From contig CAYORV010000002.1 in assembly GCA_964406515.1 (NCBI GenBank), positions 1-60,088 on the forward strand: DNA of 60,088 nucleotides. The letters are read 5' to 3'. The stretch comes from Candidatus Woesearchaeota archaeon (GTDB taxonomy: Archaea; Nanobdellota; Nanobdellia; Pacearchaeales; GW2011-AR1). The position numbers and the translations under genes were made by a program. A model generated the notes under the pieces. That model was not told the origin of the DNA. It did not search any database and saw nothing but the letters and a program-made list of their open reading frames with translations. This document shows positions 8,431-16,157 of this stretch, piece by piece (the stretch's first letter is position 1; every line of letters begins with the position of its first letter).

Positions 8431-9606
8431 TTAACAATCTATTAAAATTAAAGGGACAATCATTTCTTTCTTGCTAATTCCTCCATGATGTCCGATACTT
8501 TGTTTCTTCTTTTTCTTTTTTCTGGGAATTTCATCCTTGATTATATAATTTTCCTTGAATACTAAAATATAGTCACCAACTCTGTCAAAAAGTTTGGGAT
8601 TTGGTTTAAATAATCCAAAATAATTTTTGTCAATTAGTTCTTGGCTTTTGAAGATATAGCAGTATTTTGATAATTTTGTTTTTACATAAGTTTCAAATTG
8701 CTTGGCTTTTGCTGGACGGACATAACAATAAGCAACTCTTCCTTCCCCACAGAGAGGAAGAGTTAAACAATCTTTCATTTTTGGATGGTCTTCTAATTTG
8801 ATTATTTTTTCAAGAGATGTATCAATAAATCCATGGTCAGCAGTTATAATCAAAAGTGTATTTGTTCCTTTTAAATTTTTAACAAAGCTCTTCAATCTTT
8901 TATCGATTTCCTTGAAGTGTTTTTTTAGTTTATTGTGTTCTGTCCCATATTCATGACTTAATGAATCAAACTCTGGCCAGTATGCATAGATGTATTTTTT
9001 TCTATTGCTTGAATTAATTGCTTTTTTTATTTGCCTGAAAAATCCGTCGAGAGTTTCATATCCTAATGATTTTGCATTTTTTGACATTACACGTGAAAAA
9101 TCTGATTGCAATATTTTTTTATGACTAACAGAAAAATTTTGTGCTTTTATCTTGCTTGAAAATGCTGGTTGGTCTAGGAAATTTTCTATTCCTATACCGC
9201 AAGTGCTGAAAGTCGGACCACCAAATCTTGGGGAGAAAGGCAAAATTTCAGAAACTACTCCAATCTCCTTAAGATGCATATTCCATCCGGTAAATGCGTG
9301 TTGTTGAGGCGCTACACCTGTCTGGAAAGTTGTTATTGCGGCTGCTGTTGTTGGAAGGAAGACAGATGTCATTGGACCAACCAAATGATTACGTAAAATC
9401 GAAAGGTCTTGTTGTTTTTTTAGATATTCAAATCCTAATCCATCAATAATTATTAAAACTATATTTTTTGAATTTTTTATTCTACTCGGAGGAAGAATTT
9501 TTAGAATAGGATATGGTGTTTTTGCTCCAAAAGATTGGGCGATAGAACTCATTAGATTCACAATGCTTCCACCACGGTAATCAGGTAAACTAAATTGGGG
9601 TGTCAT
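8431..9606 (-). CDS. alkaline-phosphatase superfamily protein (type I phosphodiesterase/nucleotide pyrophosphatase-like)
   Basis: Metal-site motifs IIDGLGFEYL, ITADHGF and HGG near the C-terminus. Confidence 0.75.
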   Translation of the reverse strand: MTPQFSLPDYRGGSIVNLMSSIAQSFGAKTPYPILKILPPSRIKNSKNIVLIIIDGLGFEYLKKQQDLSILRNHLVGPMTSVFLPTTAAAITTFQTGVAPQQHAFTGWNMHLKEIGVVSEILPFSPRFGGPTFSTCGIGIENFLDQPAFSSKIKAQNFSVSHKKILQSDFSRVMSKNAKSLGYETLDGFFRQIKKAINSSNRKKYIYAYWPEFDSLSHEYGTEHNKLKKHFKEIDKRLKSFVKNLKGTNTLLIITADHGFIDTSLEKIIKLEDHPKMKDCLTLPLCGEGRVAYCYVRPAKAKQFETYVKTKLSKYCYIFKSQELIDKNYFGLFKPNPKLFDRVGDYILVFKENYIIKDEIPRKKKKKKQSIGHHGGISKKEMIVPLILIDC

Positions 9607-9630
9607 GGGTTAAGAAAGATTGTTTGACTT

Positions 9631-12309
9631 TTAATCTTTTTTATTTCGATATCTAACGAATTTGTAAAGCTCTCCAAATATGAAAACACTTGAAGTTATC
9701 AAAATAATTAATCCTAATTCTCCAATTGTCAATGGGACAAAACTAAAGACATCTGAAATTCCTGGTAAGAAAATTACTCCTAACATTAAGAGGAATGATG
9801 CGCCCAAACCTAGAAGGACCCATTTATTTGAACTGATTCCGATTTTAAACAGAGATTTTTTGAGTGAACGCATGTTGAGAACGTTGAATAATTGGAACAT
9901 GGACATTGCTGCAAATGCAACTGTTCTTGCTTTGTCGATTCCTTGAGGAAGAAAATGTTTGAATAAGGGAATTGTCCCTGCAACCATTAACCCGGCCATT
10001 AAGATTAGGAAAGGAATTAATTCTTTATTGAGGATTCTTTCTTTTTTGTTCCTTGGTTTTTGGTTAAGAACATCGTGGTGTCCAGGTTCCATTGACAATG
10101 CAATTCCTGGAAAGGTATCTGTGACTAGATTCAAATATAAAAGTTGGATTGGCAATAATGGTAATGTGAGACCCATTGCTAATGAAGAGACAATTGTGAC
10201 ATCTTCTGCAACGTTTGTTGTTATGAGAAAGAAACTTGTTTGTCGGACGTTTTGGAAAACAATTCTACCTTCTTCAATTGCATTTACAATTGATGCAAAA
10301 TTGTCGTCTGCTAAGACAATTTCACTGGATTCTCGCGCGACATCTGTTCCAATAATTCCCATGGCAATTCCTATATCTGCTTTTTTTAATGCAGGAGCAT
10401 CGTTAACTCCGTCGCCAGTCATAGCAACAATTTCCCCTTGTTCTTGTAATTCCATTACAATCTTTGCTTTCATTTTTGGAGTTACTCTTGAAAAAACATT
10501 TACTTTTTTCACTGCTTCTCTAAATTGAACCTTGTCCATTTTCTCAAGTTCTGTTTGAGTGAGGGCTTTTGCTCCAGCGTCTGTGAGACCTATTTCATTA
10601 GCGATTGCAATTGCTGTTTCTTTATGGTCGCCGGTTTTCAGGATAACTCTAATTCCTGCGTTTCTTGCTTTTGCTATTGCTTCTTTAATTTCTTTTCTCG
10701 GAGGATCTTTCATTCCGACTAAACCTAAAAAAATCATATTACTAACTGATTCTTTTGAAACAGAATTTATCTCTGATGGCACGCTCTTGTATGCAAGAGC
10801 TAAAACTCGCATTCCTTTTTTCGCTAATGACTCTGCTTTTTCTAAAAATTCTTTTTTCGTATTTTGGTCAAATCTTAATTTTCGATTTGATTTTGAGATG
10901 TAATCTGATTTGTTGATTATTGTTTCAAATGCCCCCACAGAACAGATGTATTTTCCTGTTTTTCCTTCTACGAGGCTCGCGCGGAATTTTAATTCTGAAC
11001 TAAATGGAAAATCATCAAGGACTTTGTCATCTAATTTTTGTTTTTCCATTCCTGCTTTTTTTCCTAAAACCAAGAGTGAAACTTCTGTTGGGTCGCCCAC
11101 AATTTCATAATCTCCATCTTTTCTTAAGATGTTCCCCCTATTACATAAGGTAGAAATTGTAAGTATTTTTTTGAGTATTGGAGATTTTAATGGATGGAGG
11201 GGTGTTTTGTTTGAGAAGAATTTTCCTATTGGTTGCCAACCATCACCTGTTACAGAAAATTCTCCATCAGCTGTTGATATTTTTTCAACAGTTATTGAAT
11301 TCTGTGTCAGTGTTCCTGTTTTGTCTGTTGCTATAATTGTTGCGACCCCAAGTGTTTCAACTGCAGGTAAGTGCCTGATGACTGCGTTTCGTCTTGCCAT
11401 TCTTCGCGCACCGACTGCCAGCACAATAATCAAAATCGCAGGCAATCCCTCAGGAATTCCTGAAACCAAGGACGCAATTGTAAAAAGAAATATGTCAAAG
11501 AATGCTAATTTGTTTATGAAGAAACCTATGAGGAATGTTAATGCCGCTCCAATAGTGGCGAATATAACCATTTGGATTGCGAGTTGTTTGACTTTATCAT
11601 TAAAATGCAATCGAGGACGTGTAATTTCTTGGATTGATACAGCGACTTTTCCGATTTGAGTTTTGTTTGCTGTTGCAACAACAACAGCTTTTGCTTGCCC
11701 AGAAACAACCAATGTACTCATGAAAACCATATTAACTCTGTCGCCCAAAGGAACAGATTCACCCAAAACTTTCAAACTTTTTTCAGTTGGAAATGATTCT
11801 CCTGTCAAAGATGATTCTTGTGTTTTGAAATTTTTTATTTCTATCAAACGCGCGTCAGCCGGGACTTTGTCGCCTTCTTCTAACATTATAATGTCTCCTG
11901 GAACAAGGGCTCGTGATGGGACTTTTATTATTTCGTTGTTTCTATAAACTTTGGCGTAAGATACGATTAATTTTTGCAGGGCTGCGATTGCTTTTTCTGC
12001 TTTTCTTTCTTGAATAAAACCTACAGTTGCATTGATTAATATAACTGATAGAATAACATAAGCATCCACTCGATGATGAAATATGAATGAAATAATCATT
12101 GCAACAATCAAGATATATATCAAGGGGCTGTTGAATTGTTTTAGGAATATTAAAATCAGGGGGTTTTTCTTTTGTTTTGATATCTCATTGGCGCCGTTTT
12201 GTGCCAATCTTTTCGCAGATTCTTCTTTTGTTAGTCCTTTTTCAGAAGTATTGAACTCTTGAAAAATAGTTTCAATGTTCTTTGCATGAAAATGATTCAC
12301 CTCTTGCAT
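9631..12309 (-). CDS. P-type cation-transporting ATPase (type II, Ca2+/cation pump-like)
   Basis: Motifs TGES, phosphorylation site DKTGTLT and hinge TGDGVNDAPALKKADIG, with about 10 TM helices. Confidence 0.95.
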   Translation of the reverse strand: MQEVNHFHAKNIETIFQEFNTSEKGLTKEESAKRLAQNGANEISKQKKNPLILIFLKQFNSPLIYILIVAMIISFIFHHRVDAYVILSVILINATVGFIQERKAEKAIAALQKLIVSYAKVYRNNEIIKVPSRALVPGDIIMLEEGDKVPADARLIEIKNFKTQESSLTGESFPTEKSLKVLGESVPLGDRVNMVFMSTLVVSGQAKAVVVATANKTQIGKVAVSIQEITRPRLHFNDKVKQLAIQMVIFATIGAALTFLIGFFINKLAFFDIFLFTIASLVSGIPEGLPAILIIVLAVGARRMARRNAVIRHLPAVETLGVATIIATDKTGTLTQNSITVEKISTADGEFSVTGDGWQPIGKFFSNKTPLHPLKSPILKKILTISTLCNRGNILRKDGDYEIVGDPTEVSLLVLGKKAGMEKQKLDDKVLDDFPFSSELKFRASLVEGKTGKYICSVGAFETIINKSDYISKSNRKLRFDQNTKKEFLEKAESLAKKGMRVLALAYKSVPSEINSVSKESVSNMIFLGLVGMKDPPRKEIKEAIAKARNAGIRVILKTGDHKETAIAIANEIGLTDAGAKALTQTELEKMDKVQFREAVKKVNVFSRVTPKMKAKIVMELQEQGEIVAMTGDGVNDAPALKKADIGIAMGIIGTDVARESSEIVLADDNFASIVNAIEEGRIVFQNVRQTSFFLITTNVAEDVTIVSSLAMGLTLPLLPIQLLYLNLVTDTFPGIALSMEPGHHDVLNQKPRNKKERILNKELIPFLILMAGLMVAGTIPLFKHFLPQGIDKARTVAFAAMSMFQLFNVLNMRSLKKSLFKIGISSNKWVLLGLGASFLLMLGVIFLPGISDVFSFVPLTIGELGLIILITSSVFIFGELYKFVRYRNKKD

Positions 12310-12331
12310 GTTATATTAAGGATTAAAGCAT

Positions 12332-12922
12332 TTATAAAATTTTTAGGGCGATTAATAAACTAAGCAGGATTAATCCAATGACAGTGATTTCTTTTTTGTA
12401 TTTGATTCTTGAGAATTTCTTTGCGAAGTAGATTATTGCTGTTAATTGGAGGATTGTTCCTGTGAAAAACCCAAAAATAATAGGAGTTACGTTTGAAGCT
12501 TGTGAGACAAACAATCCAGAATATGCGATTGTGTCGTCTATAACTGTTACAAATGCTGTGATAAATCCTAATGAGATTAATTTGAAAAATCTTTTTGTTG
12601 AAACTCTTTTTATATGGGAGAGTTTTTTTCTTATTTCTTTTTTTGGTCTTTCTGTGAATAAATTAAACTGGATTGACATTGCTAAGAGAAAAATTAATCC
12701 TGCTGAGATGAAGTTTACATAAGGAATTGATTTTATTATTGATGCAAAAGTATATGCTATGAAAATTGCTAAAGAGACTGCGATGAAGATTCCAATGGCA
12801 AAGGCATATCGTCCTTTTTTGGTTTTGGTCATGTTTGACATTATCGGAATTCGCGTCATTGTATCGTCGAATCCTGCAAGAAGTTTTACAAATAAACCTG
12901 AGAGGAAGTATTTTATCACCAT
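12332..12922 (-). CDS. hypothetical polytopic membrane protein
   Basis: 196-aa hydrophobic ORF. Family not recognised. Confidence 0.5.
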   Translation of the reverse strand: MVIKYFLSGLFVKLLAGFDDTMTRIPIMSNMTKTKKGRYAFAIGIFIAVSLAIFIAYTFASIIKSIPYVNFISAGLIFLLAMSIQFNLFTERPKKEIRKKLSHIKRVSTKRFFKLISLGFITAFVTVIDDTIAYSGLFVSQASNVTPIIFGFFTGTILQLTAIIYFAKKFSRIKYKKEITVIGLILLSLLIALKIL

Positions 12923-12973
12923 GGAGGAAAGAGGGGAGGGGGATTTAATAAATTATTGAAAAGTGAAATTAGA

Positions 12974-13186
12974 TTAAATAACAATAACTGAAATTATTTG
13001 GATGATATAACCAGATATAATGAAAGTCCAACCCATATTCCTTAAAAAAGGATTTTCATATTTCAAGGAAATCGCTGGTTTACCACTCATAAAAACTCCA
13101 TTCGCTTTTTGTGTTTGAAAACCAATAGCCAAGAAAATTACGCCAAGAAAATTTAATATTAATCCAAATAGTAAAATTAAGTCCAT
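12974..13186 (-). CDS. hypothetical small membrane protein
   Basis: 70-aa ORF with two TM helices. Confidence 0.35.
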   Translation of the reverse strand: MDLILLFGLILNFLGVIFLAIGFQTQKANGVFMSGKPAISLKYENPFLRNMGWTFIISGYIIQIISVIVI

Positions 13187-13260
13187 ATTAATTATTTTAT
13201 TTTGAATATTAAAAAACCTACCGAATAAGTGGTTGGAGTTGATTAAGATTTCTTCATAGT

Positions 13261-13539
13261 TTAATCTGAATAATCATCAATACAATCCGTCCAATCCATC
13301 CATAGAATACTTGGTCTTTTTATACATCCCATCATACATTCTCTTGTGATAATATTTTTATAACAAGCGAAGATTTGACAGGTCCCAATCTCTGGATTTC
13401 CAGAATGTCTCGCATCATGGATTATTTTACAAGGAGAAAATTTAAAATATAAAATACATGAGGTTAATAAAAGAAGAATTAAAATTATACTTATCAATAG
13501 TTTTTTATTTTTATTCATAAATCTGTCAAGAATTACCAC
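13261..13539 (-). CDS. hypothetical small Cys-rich anchored protein
   Basis: 92-aa ORF with an N-terminal TM helix, then 8 Cys. Confidence 0.35.
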   Translation of the reverse strand: MVILDRFMNKNKKLLISIILILLLLTSCILYFKFSPCKIIHDARHSGNPEIGTCQIFACYKNIITRECMMGCIKRPSILWMDWTDCIDDYSD

Positions 13540-13568
13540 TCTTTTAAACCTTACTAAAAGGAAAGTCC

Positions 13569-13931
13569 CTAAGACTTAACAATACACTTCTTAGATTTTA
13601 TTTTTCCCACTATCCAACCAATAAAAGCACCAATTAGGAAATAGACTAGTAAACCAAAGGAGAAAATTAATAGGTTACTGCTTATGTATCCCATTGCTAA
13701 ACCTTTAACTTCTAATCCGACTAAAACCAAAAGAGCTGTGGCTATCATAAATGGAAAAAGGATTAAAATTCTAATAGGAGATGGTGTTTCGATTACTGCT
13801 GCAAATATAAATCCTTTCTTCGTAGATTCAAACCATAATTGATATAAATAATTCCCTAAAAAAGTTAATATTCCTATTATAATTCCAATAATTCCGCATT
13901 TCAACCAAGCTGGAAAATCTTTCCATTTCAT
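13569..13931 (-). CDS. hypothetical membrane protein
   Basis: 120-aa ORF with four hydrophobic helices. Confidence 0.45.
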   Translation of the reverse strand: MKWKDFPAWLKCGIIGIIIGILTFLGNYLYQLWFESTKKGFIFAAVIETPSPIRILILFPFMIATALLVLVGLEVKGLAMGYISSNLLIFSFGLLVYFLIGAFIGWIVGKIKSKKCIVKS

Positions 13932-13982
13932 ACTTTTTTATAGATAACAAACCTTAAAAACTCTTTTTTTCTGGTATTTTTG

Positions 13983-14346
13983 TAAGTCAGGTAGTTAACT
14001 TCGGGACTAGCTTTTGAATAAGCAAACTTCGTATATCGAAATTAGTTCTGAGGAAGGTCCGCCCACCAATGTAAGGAACCAAGGTTCCTTGACAGTCAAC
14101 CTCTTTTAAGGATGGTTCATGACTGATTAAAGTTGTCGTTGAAAAACGATTGTCGTGAGGCAAAGCTCTGGTAAAGAAACGCCACAGTTCCTGTTGAGCA
14201 ATGAACTCTTGGAGGAAGCTAAGAGACAGGAGATTTGATGAAACGAGCATCTCAACTGGTGCAAGGCTATATGCCGCATAGTGGAATGTTAACACGTTCT
14301 GTTCGCTTCGGCGAAGAACGACAGAAGGTGGCCTATTCCTGACTTA
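13983..14346 (+). ncRNA. rnpB: RNase P RNA (archaeal; ends approximate)
   Basis: CR-I/P4 5' strand gaggaaggtccgccc (consensus GAGGAAAGUCC) near 14050. CR-V/P4 3' strand acagaaggtggcctattcc (consensus ACAGAAnnnGGCUUA) near 14321. P1 pairs 5' taagtcagg (13983-13991) with 3' cctgactta (14338-14346). A UUCG-capped helix gttcgcttcggcgaac and a ggtaaagaaacgcc CR-II/III-like segment are also present. Confidence 0.75.
14071..14103 (+). repeat. hairpin-plus-tail motif, copy A (inside RNase P RNA)
   Basis: Sequence gtaaggaaccaaggttccttgac + agtcaacctc. It contains the 8-bp palindrome AAGGAACC/GGTTCCTT. Confidence 0.8.
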
Positions 14347-14348
14347 TG

Positions 14349-14384
14349 AGGGGAACCAATGGTTCCCCTTACAGTAACCTCTCC
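14349..14384 (+). repeat. hairpin-plus-tail motif, copy C (immediately 3' of RNase P RNA)
   Basis: Sequence aggggaaccaatggttcccct + tacagtaacctctcc. Same architecture as copy A, with a related tail ACAGT(C)AACCTC. Confidence 0.7.
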
Positions 14385-14406
14385 TTTGAGTTAGAGTCAA
14401 GCCTGA

Positions 14407-14594
14407 TTACACCTTCTCATGAAGGTGGCAACTCGTTGATTCAAAAGCTCTCATGAATAAGAATATTTGTGACTGTTGAATTAACTCGCTATTCCAAAAC
14501 TTACACCTTCTCATGAAGGTGGCAACTCGTTGATTCAAAAGCTCTCATGAATAGGAATATTTGTGATTGTTGAATCAACTCGCTATTCCTGACT
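14407..14594. repeat. tandem direct repeat, 2 x 94 bp (about 93% identical), each unit with the hairpin caccttc-tcat-gaaggtg
   Basis: Unit 1 is 14407-14500 and unit 2 is 14501-14594. They differ at 3 internal positions and in the last about 6 nt. Confidence 0.9.
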
Positions 14595-14990
14595 TACTTC
14601 TCTATTAAAAAATTTCCAAAGATCGTTTATGGTTTTGCACTCGCGAATTTGATTTAATCCTTGTATAGATAGTTTTTCTAAATAACCTCTGACATATTCT
14701 TCTGTATGGGGCGTTCCACAATCACTACAATCCCAGATTTTGCCTTCTGGCAAATCTCTATGATAAAACCATTTTCCCTGAGGGTTATCTATTTTGCATC
14801 CTCCTTCAAGATTATTTGGACTTCTGTCGTATTCTGGGCATACACACAAAAGACATATCATTTCATAATCGCTTGTATCATTATGGCATCTTGTTCCATT
14901 ATAACACGGGCAAGAATTCTCATCTGCTTTTTTTCTGTTTATTAATCTATTCTCATCTATTATCTTCTCTATTAATTCTACCTTGTTCAT
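14583..14990 (-). CDS. cysteine-rich small-domain (zf-like, COG2158/PF04071-type) protein
   Basis: Pattern CPCY..RCH....ICLLCVCPEYD....GGC........DCSDCGTPH matches the C.LFCYCPLY...CGG...DCS.C..PH signature. Confidence 0.65.
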   Translation of the reverse strand: MNKVELIEKIIDENRLINRKKADENSCPCYNGTRCHNDTSDYEMICLLCVCPEYDRSPNNLEGGCKIDNPQGKWFYHRDLPEGKIWDCSDCGTPHTEEYVRGYLEKLSIQGLNQIRECKTINDLWKFFNREVSQE

Positions 14991-15039
14991 AGATTCTTTT
15001 GCAAAAATGTGCTTAAAAGAATTTATAGCTTATACCAAC

Positions 15040-15049
15040 ATATTTAAAA
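15040..15049 (+). promoter_or_regulatory. TATA-like box upstream of the tRNA-Phe locus
   Basis: atatttaaaa lies about 26-30 nt upstream of the first (partial) GGGAATG copy at 15075. This is positional inference only. Confidence 0.3.
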
Positions 15050-15089
15050 GTTAAGAGGAGTATTTATTTTCAATGGGAATGTAGCTCAC

Positions 15090-15123
15090 GTAAGGAACCA
15101 AGGTTCCTTGACGTTCAACCTCC
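15090..15123 (+). repeat. hairpin-plus-tail motif, copy B (in tRNA-Phe 5' leader)
   Basis: Sequence gtaaggaaccaaggttccttgac + gttcaacctcc. The first 23 nt are identical to copy A in RNase P RNA. Confidence 0.8.
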
Positions 15124-15168
15124 TATATTAGTCCTCGCGGGGCGGATTCGCTACAACTCAAATCCTAT

Positions 15169-15240
15169 GGGAATGTAGCTCAGCGGGAGAGCACATGACT
15201 GAAGATCATGGTGTCCGGGGTTCGACTCCCCGCATTCCCA
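15169..15240 (+). tRNA. tRNA-Phe (anticodon GAA), no encoded CCA, no intron within the mature sequence
   Basis: Hand-folded cloverleaf: acceptor GGGAATG/CATTCCC, D arm GCTC-AGCGGGA-GAGC, anticodon arm CATGA-CTGAAGA-TCATG, variable GTGTC, T arm CGGGG-TTCGACT-CCCCG, discriminator A. Confidence 0.95.
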
Positions 15241-15274
15241 TAACTTTTATAAATAAGGTTTGTTTAATTTGATT

Positions 15275-15553
15275 ATGACAGAAGAAAAAAAAGAGAAAGA
15301 AAGATGGGGTAATGAACTAGGGGTTTCTGGGTTCACATTAGGAATCGTAAGTATTGTTCTTGCCGGATGGATTGGGTTAATATTTGCTACTCTTAGTATA
15401 ATTTTTTGTCTTATTCAACAAAGAAAAAAGAAAATAAAACTTGCAAGAATAGGACTAATCCTTGGAGTGATCGGATTTATTTTAAGTATTTCTTGGATAC
15501 TTTTAGGTCCAATATTGATTGAAAGATTGGCGGCAAGTTTCCCTGTTACATAA
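15275..15553 (+). CDS. hypothetical small membrane protein
   Basis: The ORF track starts at TTG 15260 and the first ATG is at 15275 (MTEEKKEKERW...). Three hydrophobic helices. Confidence 0.45.
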   Translation: MTEEKKEKERWGNELGVSGFTLGIVSIVLAGWIGLIFATLSIIFCLIQQRKKKIKLARIGLILGVIGFILSISWILLGPILIERLAASFPVT

Positions 15554-15554
15554 A

Positions 15555-16106
15555 ATGGCAATGAAAAAAAGAGGTGCGATGGAAATGTCTGTAGGAACAA
15601 TAGTTACAATAGTTCTTCTCATGGCGGTTTTAGTTCTAGGAATTTTTTTGGTTCAGAGGATTTTTAAGAGCGCCACAGGAGCAATTGATTTAACAGATGA
15701 TCAATTAAAAAATGAAATAAACAAATTATTTGGAGAGGATAATGAGTTGGTTATTTATCCTGGTTCTAGGATGGTTGAGATAAAACAAGAAGAAAATGAT
15801 GGAGTTGGTGTTGGAATAAAAAATTTATTGCAAGGTGTTTCAGGAACAAAAACATTTTCTTATAATGTCGTGGTTGCTGATGCTTCTGATTGTGCAGAAT
15901 CTGTAGAGGAAATTGAAGAATGGTTTACTGTTGGAAGAAGCGAAAGTGATATTCCTATTGCTGTGGGAGAATCGGCAATTCAAAAAGTTTTATTTAGAAT
16001 TCCTTCTGGTACTTCATTATGTACTGCAAGATTTAGAATTAATGTAGATGCTGAAGGTGAAGCATATGCTACTGATTTTTTTGATATAACTATAGAAGCT
16101 AAATAA
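15555..16106 (+). CDS. class III (prepilin-like) signal-peptide protein, putative archaeal pilin-like protein
   Basis: The ATG at 15555 follows the upstream stop via a TAAAATG junction. N-terminus MAMKKRGA/MEMSVGTIVTIVLLMAVLVLGIF has a basic-G/A motif followed by a hydrophobic helix. Confidence 0.55.
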   Translation: MAMKKRGAMEMSVGTIVTIVLLMAVLVLGIFLVQRIFKSATGAIDLTDDQLKNEINKLFGEDNELVIYPGSRMVEIKQEENDGVGVGIKNLLQGVSGTKTFSYNVVVADASDCAESVEEIEEWFTVGRSESDIPIAVGESAIQKVLFRIPSGTSLCTARFRINVDAEGEAYATDFFDITIEAK

Positions 16107-16157
16107 TAAAAAGAACCAAATAAAACATTTTAAAAATTCTATTTACTTATTTCAATT

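Noticed and set aside
9680-11947. Chain of plus-strand ORFs (88-189 aa) antisense to the P-type ATPase gene
   Set aside because: They tile the opposite strand of a gene with clear P-type ATPase motifs. Their products are low-complexity with no motifs. This is a typical antisense artefact of AT-rich codon usage.
13987-14295. 102-aa minus-strand ORF
   Set aside because: It lies entirely within the region that carries RNase P RNA signature motifs and a P1 stem on the plus strand. It has no SD sequence and an odd composition.
14407-14594. Possible CRISPR array
   Set aside because: There are only two directly abutting 94-bp units with no spacers. The unit length is far above CRISPR repeat size, and no cas genes are in the window.
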